From Pyrolobus fumarii 1A (lineage in GTDB: Archaea; Thermoproteota; Thermoprotei_A; Sulfolobales; Pyrodictiaceae), in NCBI RefSeq assembly GCF_000223395.1, contig NC_015931.1, positions 600,001 to 632,000 on the forward strand: DNA of 32,000 nt, written 5' to 3'. Below, one piece after another: positions 14,300-23,009 of this stretch. The position numbers and the translations under genes are program-made. The notes under the pieces are model-generated. The model saw only the letters and a program-made list of their open reading frames with translations. It had not been told where the DNA came from and did no database searches. Each line of letters begins with the position of its first letter. Position 1 is the first letter of the stretch.

Positions 14300-16393
14300 T
14301 CACGCTACCTCTTCTGACACCATTGTTGCCTTAGGCGGTGTTGTACGTCGAAGTCTCTTAGCGTCGAGTATTAGCGCCCCGGCTAGCCCAGCTAGCCGTG
14401 CTACTGTCGCGTAGGGCTCTGCTAGCATGTATGATGCTGCCTCAAGCATAGCTGGTAACAGTAGTCTCTCGTCGCGTAGTAATAGCGTTGCGGTGATTAG
14501 CGTTGATGCCTTGTCGCCTAGCAGGGCTAGCACCGCGTAGGGCGTCGTTGGTGTATACCTCGCTATGCCTATTGTCGCTGCTGCCGCAATAGCCGCTAGT
14601 ATGTGCTCCACTGGCGGAGGCTGCGCTATCCCAGCAATCCTTGCAAACGCGTACATCACGATTGCCGCTGCTAGTGTCGCGCGCCTCTCGCTGGCGAGTG
14701 GCAACGCTGCTACACTGGGGTAGACGAGGGGCAGTACCAGTGTTAGCCACGGCGCCTCTAGCATGGAGAGTGTCTCCAGGAGGAGTGTTGTGGCTGGTAG
14801 CGCGTAGCCCGTTGCCAGCATGGTCAGCGCTACACTACGCGGGTCTAGCCTCCTCCATAGCGCCGCTGTCGACGCTAGTACAGCAGTACTTGCGAGCACC
14901 AGGACCACGTCTATCTTCGATGATGGTGGTTGCGAGAGTAGGCCCGTGCCTACACCCCACCCGTTAACAGCGAGCACAGCGAGTATCGCGGCTAGCGGGG
15001 CACCCCTAGGCCCCATAAGCCTGGCCACCATCCCGACCTCCGGCGTTACGCGCCATGCGACCAACCCCCTCCTGACTAGCGCTGGGAGAACGCCAGCATA
15101 GCACAAGCCTATGGCGACCGCCGTGGCCGCTATGGCGGCCGGCTCGGCGACCGCCACGTAGAACGAGTAGAGCGTATGGTTCCCGCCGATATAGACGAGC
15201 GTCATGAGAAGGAGGAAGAGCGGTTCTATCGAGGCTATGAGTGCGAGTGAGGGTAGCGCAGGAGCAGCCGCAAGGAGTATCAGGGAGGATGCCAGACCGG
15301 AGATCATGATTGCGGGGTTAGGCGAGGCGACTATCTTTGGTTCGATGCTTAGGGTGAAGCCGGGGCCTCCCGTCAACCAGTCGAGTGGGTTGTTAGCGAC
15401 TGGGCCCGGAGGCCTGCTCGTGAGGAACCACTCGAGTCCGTTGATAGTCTCTTTGGCTAGCCTGTCGGGGCCCATGGCGGCGACTAGAGGCAGGTAGACC
15501 ACCGCCGCTGCGACAATGACGAGTATGATGCCTCTCAGGGTGCTACGGTACTCTCTGGTGGATAGCCTGTCCCAGAGGAGGATAGCGGCTAGGAAAACAA
15601 TGCCGGTGTACTTGGTGAGCGTCGAGAGAGCGGCTAGTATGTAGGCTGCTCGTCTCTTCCCGGCTGCCGCGGCAGCCAGAGCCAGGTAGCCGAGGCCGAG
15701 CGTGAACGGCTCTAGTATGGCGAATCCAGCCACTCCAGCTATGCTGGAGCGCCCCGTCGCGACCGCGACTAGCGCCAGAGCAACGAGCCCGGCCGCTATC
15801 CCTGCAGACACGCCCCCGGCCGCAATTGCGATGTACACGGTTGTTGCTGTGAGTGCGGCAACGCCGAGCACCGCTAGGGTCGAGGATGGTAGCCTCCAGT
15901 AGGCGGGGCAATCGCCCAGGAGGCTCATCGATATGCCTATGAGGTACTTGGCGAGCGGCGGGTGCTCGAGGTTGAGGTACGAGCCTATGTTGTCCTTATC
16001 CGGGTAGGTGTAGCAGCATCTTGTAGCCGTGGCGCCGTATTCTCCCTTCACCGGCCAGGGTAGCACCGCAGCAGTCGCGTTGTAGTATAGGGTTGCGTTG
16101 GGCGGCGCTCTTGCCAGCATGGCGGCTGTACTGTTGTAGAATAGCGTAGCGTAGGCCTTGCCGCCGCATGGGCGCGGGGTTAAGCCTAGGATGTAGTCGA
16201 GGTTCCTCGCGGCGGAGACGTACCATACCTCGTCGCTGACATACCTATCCAGGAGTGTGGCATTGTAGGATGTCGCGACAACATAAGCCCCGTGGACCAG
16301 GCCCGCCGCGAGCGCAAAGAGCAGCACGATGAGCTTAGCGCGTCTAGAGGCTCCACCCAATACTCTTAGCCCTGGGGCACCGGGTACAGCCAA
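14300..16393 (-). CDS. Polytopic GT-C glycosyltransferase, family 39/PMT_2-like (dolichyl-phosphate-sugar dependent).
   Basis: 697 aa with many hydrophobic helices. Loop-1 acidic motif SDEVWYVSAARN and the hallmark EHPPLAKYLIG. Confidence 0.8.
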   Translation of the reverse strand: MAVPGAPGLRVLGGASRRAKLIVLLFALAAGLVHGAYVVATSYNATLLDRYVSDEVWYVSAARNLDYILGLTPRPCGGKAYATLFYNSTAAMLARAPPNATLYYNATAAVLPWPVKGEYGATATRCCYTYPDKDNIGSYLNLEHPPLAKYLIGISMSLLGDCPAYWRLPSSTLAVLGVAALTATTVYIAIAAGGVSAGIAAGLVALALVAVATGRSSIAGVAGFAILEPFTLGLGYLALAAAAAGKRRAAYILAALSTLTKYTGIVFLAAILLWDRLSTREYRSTLRGIILVIVAAAVVYLPLVAAMGPDRLAKETINGLEWFLTSRPPGPVANNPLDWLTGGPGFTLSIEPKIVASPNPAIMISGLASSLILLAAAPALPSLALIASIEPLFLLLMTLVYIGGNHTLYSFYVAVAEPAAIAATAVAIGLCYAGVLPALVRRGLVAWRVTPEVGMVARLMGPRGAPLAAILAVLAVNGWGVGTGLLSQPPSSKIDVVLVLASTAVLASTAALWRRLDPRSVALTMLATGYALPATTLLLETLSMLEAPWLTLVLPLVYPSVAALPLASERRATLAAAIVMYAFARIAGIAQPPPVEHILAAIAAAATIGIARYTPTTPYAVLALLGDKASTLITATLLLRDERLLLPAMLEAASYMLAEPYATVARLAGLAGALILDAKRLRRTTPPKATMVSEEVA

Positions 16394-16454
16394 CCCCTAT
16401 CAACAAACATGCCACCAAGAAGCACTCCAATAGCGTCTTGTTGTAGAGGTCCCG

Positions 16455-17984
16455 GTGGTCATGGTTCCCCTTGCTTTAAGGGGGTGTGGGTGGTGTCCAC
16501 GCCCGGGTAACCAGGTTTTGCCGAGCCACGATGACGTTAAGATAGGCCTTGAGATACACGTGCAACTGACCAGGTTGAAAACCAAGCTGTTCTGCAGCTG
16601 TAGCGCCGATTATCGCGGTGCGCCCCCAAACACCCACGTGTGCCCCGTGTGTCTCGGGCTGCCGGGTAGCCTCCCGGTCGTCAACGAGGAGGCTTTGAAG
16701 CTCGCCATAATGACGTGCCTCGCCCTCAACGGCAAAGTCGCACGCGAGCTGCGCTTCGTGCGCAAGCACTACTTCTACCCGGATCTGCCGAAGAGCTACC
16801 AGATAAGCCAGTATGATGGTCCCGGCGGCGAGCCGATATGCAAGGGTGGCTGGGTCGAGTACGAGTATAAGGGCGAGCGGAGGAGGGCAAGGATACGCCG
16901 CATTAACCTCGAGGAGGATCCAGGCAGGATAGTCCTGCCGGGCGCAGTGAGCCCAAGGCTAGCCCCCTACGTCCTCGTCGACTATAATCGTAGCGGTGTC
17001 GCACTCCTGGAGATTGTGACTGAGCCGGACTTCCGCGAGCCGGGTGAGGCCAGAGCGTTTCTAGAGAAGCTGCGGAGCATCCTCGAGCACCTGGAGGTAT
17101 GCGACTGTGGCCTCGAGGGCGCGTTGAGGGTAGACGCTAACGTGAGCGTTGGGGGCGGGGCGAGGGTAGAGATCAAGAACATCGGGTCTATCCGTGACGT
17201 TGAGAGGGCGCTTGCCTACGAGATAGCTAGGCAGAAGAAGCTGCTTGAGGCTGGTGGCACCGTCCGTAGGGAGACGAGGCACTGGGACCCGGTGAGGAGG
17301 GTAACGTACACTGCACGCGCCAAGGAGTACGAGGAGGACTACCGGTACATGCCTGACCCGAACCTGCCCCCAATCCCGATACCAGAGAGTCTCGTTGAGA
17401 AGATACGCGCTGAGATGCCAGAGCTACCCGACCAGCGCCTCGAGAGGATGACAAGGCAATACGGAATACCAGCGCACATCGTGAGACAGATGCTCGTCTG
17501 GAAGAAGCTCGCCGACTTCTACGAGGATGTTGTGAAGCTGTACCCCGAGAACCCCTCGAGAACCGCAGCGTTCCTCGTGAACGATATGCTCGGGTGGCTA
17601 AAGGAGAGCGACCTGGCAGAGCTCTACACGAGAGTCAAGCCAGAGCACGTAGCCAAGCTCATGAGGATGCTCGACGAGGGCAAGATATCACTGAGGCAGG
17701 CCAAGGAGCTGATAAAGCCGCTTCTCGAGACCGGCGAGGACCCAGAGAAACTCGCAGAGAAGCTAGGCATGACCAGGATAACCGACGAGAGCTACCTACG
17801 CCAGGTGGTAGAGAAGGTCATACGCGAGAACCCGAAGGCAGTGAAAGACGCGCTCGCCAACCCCAAGGCAGTCAACTACCTCGTGGGCCTGGTTATGAAG
17901 GAGACCCGGGGCCGCGCGGACCCAAAGCTAGCCAGGAAGCTCCTTGAAGAGAAGCTAGAGGAGATGCGCAAAGCAAACCAGTAA
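16455..17984 (+). CDS. gatB: Aspartyl/glutamyl-tRNA(Asn/Gln) amidotransferase subunit B.
   Basis: KIGLEIHVQL, KLFCSC, PVCLGLPGSLPVVN, RKHYFYPDLPKSYQISQ, NRSGVALLEIVTEPD and the C-terminal YqeY-like LVGLVMKETRGRADPK. The true start is probably TTG 16518, downstream of a ctttaagg TATA-like box; the ORF-track start gives an odd N-terminal extension. Confidence 0.93.
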   Translation: MVMVPLALRGCGWCPRPGNQVLPSHDDVKIGLEIHVQLTRLKTKLFCSCSADYRGAPPNTHVCPVCLGLPGSLPVVNEEALKLAIMTCLALNGKVARELRFVRKHYFYPDLPKSYQISQYDGPGGEPICKGGWVEYEYKGERRRARIRRINLEEDPGRIVLPGAVSPRLAPYVLVDYNRSGVALLEIVTEPDFREPGEARAFLEKLRSILEHLEVCDCGLEGALRVDANVSVGGGARVEIKNIGSIRDVERALAYEIARQKKLLEAGGTVRRETRHWDPVRRVTYTARAKEYEEDYRYMPDPNLPPIPIPESLVEKIRAEMPELPDQRLERMTRQYGIPAHIVRQMLVWKKLADFYEDVVKLYPENPSRTAAFLVNDMLGWLKESDLAELYTRVKPEHVAKLMRMLDEGKISLRQAKELIKPLLETGEDPEKLAEKLGMTRITDESYLRQVVEKVIRENPKAVKDALANPKAVNYLVGLVMKETRGRADPKLARKLLEEKLEEMRKANQ

Positions 17985-18033
17985 GCCAGCAACCACACCA
18001 CAGTTTCAGACGCGTTGCACTACTCCAGTGCCA

Positions 18034-18273
18034 TTAACTCAACCCATACTCGATCATAGTTGTGTAGAGGCGCCTAACGTTGTCTATGCACGGGCTTCTC
18101 CTCACCCTATACACCAGCCTCCTCAACCCAGGCTCTTCGTCAAGCAAAGCCTTTGTAGCAGCATGGAGGAGACGCCTACCATCGCTATTGAGGCAGTCCC
18201 TCTTGTCCCAGTAGCGCCTCTCACCGTGGAAATCGTCCAGGAGCAACCTAAGCAGGTTAACAGCCTCAGACAT
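18034..18273 (-). CDS. Small hypothetical protein (79 aa).
   Basis: Balanced charged composition and genome-typical codons (AGG, GAG, CTC). The overlapping plus-strand ORF 18028-18303 is Pro-rich and looks spurious. No family recognised. Confidence 0.4.
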   Translation of the reverse strand: MSEAVNLLRLLLDDFHGERRYWDKRDCLNSDGRRLLHAATKALLDEEPGLRRLVYRVRRSPCIDNVRRLYTTMIEYGLS

Positions 18274-18384
18274 ACCCCATCACGCCCACGGCAAGCCCAG
18301 TAACGCGCTTCAACCCATTCCACACTACGCTCCTACACTCCTAGAAGCATAGGGTAGCCCACGAGAAGTATAAGTTGTTACCTC

Positions 18385-19347
18385 GTGCTGCTCACAACCA
18401 GCGTCTACTTGACCCCTCTGTCCCCATATCACCATGGGGGAGCCTTGCACACCAATACCACAATACTACACTTGTCGGATATACACGTCGGCAGCCCGCA
18501 CTTCTCGAAAGACCTTGCAGAGAACGTCATAGCCTACGTTAACGACGTAAAGCCCGACGTTATCGTAATCACAGGAGACCTGACTGACAACGGCTACGTG
18601 CACGAGTATCGAGGGGTTGTAGAGCTCCTCTCCAAGCTAGATACAAAGAAGCTCCTGGTGGTCCCAGGCAACCATGACGCAAGGAACATGGGATACGTTG
18701 TGTTCGAGAGGGTATTCGGCTCTAGATTCCCCATCCTAGAGTACAACGGGGTGTGCATCCAGGGCGTCGACTCCAGCGAGCCCGACGTGGACGACGGGCA
18801 CATAGGTAGACTGGCCTACGACCTAGTCTCACAAAACCTAAGCCGCTGCAAAGGCTTCCGCATCGTTGCGCTACACCACCATCTCATACCAGTGCCCGGC
18901 ACGGGGCGAGAAAGAAACATCCCAGTAGACGCGGGTGACTTCCTGAAACTACTCCTCGATATGGGTGTCAATCTAGTCCTCTCGGGGCACAAGCACGTAC
19001 CATGGCTATGGGAGATAAACGGCATGGTGATACTACACGCTGGCACCGCGACAACACTCCGCTTGAAGGCTGGAGTCCCGCCCTCCCTCAACGTGATAGA
19101 AGTCACGAAAGACGAGATCATGATAAAGCGTGTAGAGACAAGGAAATTGAAAGAAGCCGTGATATATCGTGGCTACCCGCAGCCACGCGAACCGCTTCCA
19201 GTGTCAACCAGTGATGACCTACTAAGAGAACTTGAGGAAGCGGTTCAAAATCTCCGTGACAAGAATGCCCGGATAAGTTTCAACACAAGACACACAACCA
19301 GCAATGAACCATATACAAAGTGCACTCGACACAGTTCTAGAGCCTAG
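18385..19347 (+). CDS. Calcineurin-like metallophosphoesterase.
   Basis: ILHLSDIHVG, VITGDLTDNG, VVPGNHD, VALHHHL and LSGHKHV. The GTG start at 18385 is uncertain; TTG 18445 would give the usual short N-terminus. aagtataag TATA-like box at ~18368. Confidence 0.88.
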   Translation: MLLTTSVYLTPLSPYHHGGALHTNTTILHLSDIHVGSPHFSKDLAENVIAYVNDVKPDVIVITGDLTDNGYVHEYRGVVELLSKLDTKKLLVVPGNHDARNMGYVVFERVFGSRFPILEYNGVCIQGVDSSEPDVDDGHIGRLAYDLVSQNLSRCKGFRIVALHHHLIPVPGTGRERNIPVDAGDFLKLLLDMGVNLVLSGHKHVPWLWEINGMVILHAGTATTLRLKAGVPPSLNVIEVTKDEIMIKRVETRKLKEAVIYRGYPQPREPLPVSTSDDLLRELEEAVQNLRDKNARISFNTRHTTSNEPYTKCTRHSSRA

Positions 19348-19426
19348 ACTTTCCGCGCAACACTCCTCATACAGCCTCCAAAATACTAACTAACGTCAAA
19401 CGCCATTCTGGCTATGGCTGCACTGT

Positions 19427-20710
19427 TCATTGTAATATGTGGACGTGAAACACTGGCGGCCAATCCTTGACCCATACACCCCTGACCGGATCCCAAATAG
19501 CATGCTTCAATATATCGTCGGGAACAACAGCAGCATGAGACTTGACATACACTACGCCATATTCAGGCGGAAGCATGTAATCATTAGCGACATACTCGTC
19601 AACTATTCTCGGCACGCTGTTAAAGTCTGGTAGCGACGAGCTAAACATGAACATGTGTAGATAGCATCCCGAAGCTCTTACAACCTCTATTCTTGCAGTT
19701 CCATTAGTAAACACCGTGAATCGTACAACATGGTCAACATAGTTATCGAGTGATTCTCCTGTACCAGGCCACCAGAGATCCTCCCATAGTATAAGTGCGT
19801 CTATAACTACCTCTTGAGAGTCCTGCACCAGAGCTTTCATGTCAAACACGTACTCGTTACCATAAATGTCTATGACTCTAACCGTGTAGTCTTTACTCGC
19901 ACTATACGGGTTTATGAACACCACTACCGGGCCTAGGTTATACCGCTCAGTCCAGAATAGCCTGCTAAGATCTAATACGCTTACATTGACTAGTATCGTT
20001 GCTCTTCCCTGAGCGTCAACAGTATAACTACCGTCAATGTACCTTAGTTTGTACTCTCCTTTGATTAGGTCGACATACACCCAGTGGATATAGTTGCTAT
20101 CTGTCCAAAGGTTTCCTATCGTACACTCGCCTGCACGTCCTGCAACCAAGCCTATGACGATGGGCTTCACTTTCCTCAGTGTTACAGCGTCTACCACTCC
20201 AGTAGCAATACCAACACCACTACTTGTCGCAAGCACGATACGTATCTTACTAGTCTGGAACAGTTCGCCATGCAACATCACAAGCGGTATGACTATACGT
20301 TTCACCTCGCCAGGCTCTAGTTTGATCGGAGGATTGACGCCGATAGCTGCAAGCAAGTCGCCATGCTCGTTATACACGTAGATAACATCTATCTTGTGTT
20401 CGCCCTGGAGCCCACGAACATAAAGTTCTAGGTAGCCTGCTCCCACCTTAACAGCCTCTACTGTAGCCGCACTACGCATAACCACGACAGCCTTGCCCGC
20501 ACTCGCACCCGTCTCGCTAGAAGCTCCAGTCGTATAGATGTACACAAAGACGCCAGTAACCACCGCGATAAGCACGAGTACAATAACTGCGAGTGTCAAA
20601 CTGGCGGCGCGCACTGCACCAGCTATCTCCACAGCCCTCTCCATACCACCACCTACACTATTAATGAGCCCACGAGAGACAAGAAATCCCTTCAAATCCT
20701 CTATTAGCAT
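19427..20710 (-). CDS. Large pilin-like or surface protein with a class III-signal-like N-terminal hydrophobic helix; function unknown.
   Basis: ...AVRA-ASLTLAVIVLVLIAVVTGVFVYIYTTG is followed by a beta-rich ~350-aa body. A+T-rich relative to its neighbours. The start may be the internal Met (MERAVEIAG...). Confidence 0.6.
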   Translation of the reverse strand: MLIEDLKGFLVSRGLINSVGGGMERAVEIAGAVRAASLTLAVIVLVLIAVVTGVFVYIYTTGASSETGASAGKAVVVMRSAATVEAVKVGAGYLELYVRGLQGEHKIDVIYVYNEHGDLLAAIGVNPPIKLEPGEVKRIVIPLVMLHGELFQTSKIRIVLATSSGVGIATGVVDAVTLRKVKPIVIGLVAGRAGECTIGNLWTDSNYIHWVYVDLIKGEYKLRYIDGSYTVDAQGRATILVNVSVLDLSRLFWTERYNLGPVVVFINPYSASKDYTVRVIDIYGNEYVFDMKALVQDSQEVVIDALILWEDLWWPGTGESLDNYVDHVVRFTVFTNGTARIEVVRASGCYLHMFMFSSSLPDFNSVPRIVDEYVANDYMLPPEYGVVYVKSHAAVVPDDILKHAIWDPVRGVWVKDWPPVFHVHILQ

Positions 20711-20778
20711 CCGAAATCTTCCTGTTCAATACCCTGTAATCTACGATGCTAGCCACGCTACGGACGCATAGCCGGGAA

Positions 20779-22740
20779 CTAGGCAAGGATTCGTATCTTG
20801 ACTTTTATCGCGCTGAGTATCGGCGTTCCTCCTATCATGTGCCTCGATGGCGGTGCGAGCACGTTTATCGGCTTCCCGTTGAGGCCTATTACGTGCCGCG
20901 TCGTCCATAGCGTCTTCTCGGGTACCGCGTCCGTCACACGCGCCTTTAAGTGCACCTCGCCATGATCATTGTAGAGTGCTATCCTGTCCCCCTCTCTTAT
21001 GCCGTTTCTCTTCGCGTCGGTGGGGTTCACGTGGACTACTGGCGGGTGCGGACCGTACGTCTCGCGGAACTGGCTGTTGGTGTAGAGGGGGTGCGTCCCG
21101 GTCAAGAGTATGTACTCGTCGGGGGCTAGGATTAGGTCCCGGTGTTGGGGGAGTGGGTTTAGGCCTAGCTTCGCGGCTCTAGTCGAGTAGAACTCTACCC
21201 TGCCGGTGGGGGTCTGGTACTCGTCCCTGGGTCTCTGGCGTAGCCTTACTAGTCTTCCCTCGAGCAGGTCTCTTATGCTCCCCTCCTGGAGCGCGTCCTC
21301 CAACGCCTTGGTTATGGTGTCTAACGGGTCCTCGTAGAGCCACTCGTCTTTAACACCTAGTCTCTTAGCTAACTCCCATATCACTTCATACTCTGCCTTG
21401 CTCTCTCCGAGAGGCTCTACCACCATCTTGCTTAGGGTTAGCGTGGCATGGCTATAGCTGAGAGGGAGGTCCGTCTTCTCTAGGTACGTTGGCGCCGGGA
21501 GTATCAGGTCAGCGTAACGTGTTGTCGTATTCCAGTGGGTGTCGTGCACCACCACGAACACGTCGCTCCTTGCAAGGCCCTTCGCTACTAGGTGTGACGC
21601 TGGCAGGGACTCCACCGCGTTAACCCCGTAGATGTACACGTAGTGGAACTTTCCCCTTGCGAGCAGCTCGCCAAGCTCCGCCATACTCACTATCCTGGCC
21701 GGCTTCGCGCCATAGGCCTCCCCGGTGACTAACGCCAGGTTTACGAGCCATCCTCTACTGTTGCTGTAGTAGAAGCCGCGATGTTGGCCTACCAGCGCTG
21801 GTAGGAGTGAAACCGCCCTTATAATGTCGGGGCCGTTTGGCGTCCTCGCCAGCCCCATGCCTATGAACACCACGCTCGGCTTACGAGCGGCATACTCCTC
21901 CGCGAACCTCTCCATGAGCCTCCTGGGTACGCCGGTTACGCGCTCCACCCTCTCCGGGGTCCACTTGATCGCCTCCTCGGCGAACCTCTCGAACCCGTAG
22001 GTGTACCTCTCTATGAACTCCTTATCGACCAGATCGTTGACTATGAGGTGTCTCGCTATCCCGTAGGCGAGCGCGACGTCCGTCCCTGGCCTGGGCCTTA
22101 GGTGGATGTCCGATGCGCGAGCCGTCTCTGTTACGCGGGGGTCGACGGTCGCTAGGAGGCTGCCTCTCTCCCTCCTAGCGCGTAGCGCCAGGAGCCACAT
22201 GTGTACGGCGCTGACTGCCGCGTTAACACCCCAGAAGACTATCATCTCCATCTTCTCGAACTCCTCGGGCAGAACGCCATAACTAAGCCCATAGTGTAGC
22301 CCGATAGCCTCGTGTCCCGTGTTGCTACAGAGGCTGTAGTCCGTAGAGGCCGCTCCTATGGCGTTCCAGAAGCGACGAGTATAGTACCAGGTCACGATAC
22401 CCATGTTACCAGCATAGTCTATGTGGAGTACCGAGCTAGGCCCATACTCCCTGAGCACCTCTCTAAGCTTAGCCGCCGCGATATCCAGAGCCTCACTCCA
22501 CGACACCCTAACGAGCCTGCCATCCGGCTTACCACCTACCCGCAGGTAGGGGTACCTTATCCGACCACGAACAAGCCGGAGTGGGTCACCCGCTGCCCTC
22601 GGGCACGCAACGCCCCTCGTCACCGGGTGAGAGGGATCACCACGAACACGCACAACAACGCCATTCTCCACCTCCACGAGGAGCACGCAAGTGTCGTAAC
22701 AGTCTCTCGGGCAAACCACGCGATAGACACTATCGGCCAA
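20779..22740 (-). CDS. Cytoplasmic molybdopterin (bis-MGD, MopB superfamily) oxidoreductase catalytic subunit; substrate unknown.
   Basis: N-terminal Fe-S motif CPRDCYDTC...GVACPRA with no twin-arginine leader. Probable Cys ligand region DYSLCSNTGHEAIGLHYG. 653 aa. C-terminal beta-barrel block GDRIALYNDHGEVHLKARV. TTG start. Confidence 0.85.
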   Translation of the reverse strand: MADSVYRVVCPRDCYDTCVLLVEVENGVVVRVRGDPSHPVTRGVACPRAAGDPLRLVRGRIRYPYLRVGGKPDGRLVRVSWSEALDIAAAKLREVLREYGPSSVLHIDYAGNMGIVTWYYTRRFWNAIGAASTDYSLCSNTGHEAIGLHYGLSYGVLPEEFEKMEMIVFWGVNAAVSAVHMWLLALRARRERGSLLATVDPRVTETARASDIHLRPRPGTDVALAYGIARHLIVNDLVDKEFIERYTYGFERFAEEAIKWTPERVERVTGVPRRLMERFAEEYAARKPSVVFIGMGLARTPNGPDIIRAVSLLPALVGQHRGFYYSNSRGWLVNLALVTGEAYGAKPARIVSMAELGELLARGKFHYVYIYGVNAVESLPASHLVAKGLARSDVFVVVHDTHWNTTTRYADLILPAPTYLEKTDLPLSYSHATLTLSKMVVEPLGESKAEYEVIWELAKRLGVKDEWLYEDPLDTITKALEDALQEGSIRDLLEGRLVRLRQRPRDEYQTPTGRVEFYSTRAAKLGLNPLPQHRDLILAPDEYILLTGTHPLYTNSQFRETYGPHPPVVHVNPTDAKRNGIREGDRIALYNDHGEVHLKARVTDAVPEKTLWTTRHVIGLNGKPINVLAPPSRHMIGGTPILSAIKVKIRILA

Positions 22741-22876
22741 GAGACTTACCCACGAATAAGTGGTCCCGCCGCGCTTCTAGGCACATGCCCGTGCTAAGAG
22801 CGCCTCCTAGGTCGAGTATCTCACAGGGACTCAGGACCGAGAGCCAGCTACCCCGACTGAGAGTCGAGCAACTCTA

Positions 22877-22919
22877 TTCTCTAGTTGTTCTCTAGCCGCG
22901 TGGCCACCCCAATCTAGAG
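22877..22919. repeat. Short repeat cluster TTCTCTAG-N3-TTCTCTAG plus an inverted CTAGAG in the hcp/MopB intergenic spacer.
   Basis: ttctctag at 22877-22884 and 22888-22895. Inverted ctagag at 22914-22919. Confidence 0.35.
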
Positions 22920-23009
22920 GGAGAGGAAGAGGGTCACGATGGTTGAGTGGACTGGAGAGTAGGGAAAAACGAGAGATTCGTGCAGAGAGTCCTGCGTGTA
23001 TACTAGCGT

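Noticed and set aside
17594-17947. 117-aa Arg/Glu/Gly-rich ORF inside gatB. Similar shadow ORFs occur in the GT39 gene (e.g. 15543-15911) and in the Mo-enzyme gene (22312-22797).
   Set aside because: They are alternative frames of genes with strong motif support, with low-complexity translations.
18028-18303. 91-aa plus-strand ORF overlapping the 79-aa minus-strand ORF.
   Set aside because: Its Pro/Gln-rich, unstructured-looking translation makes the minus-strand frame the more protein-like of the two. Even that one is only tentatively called.
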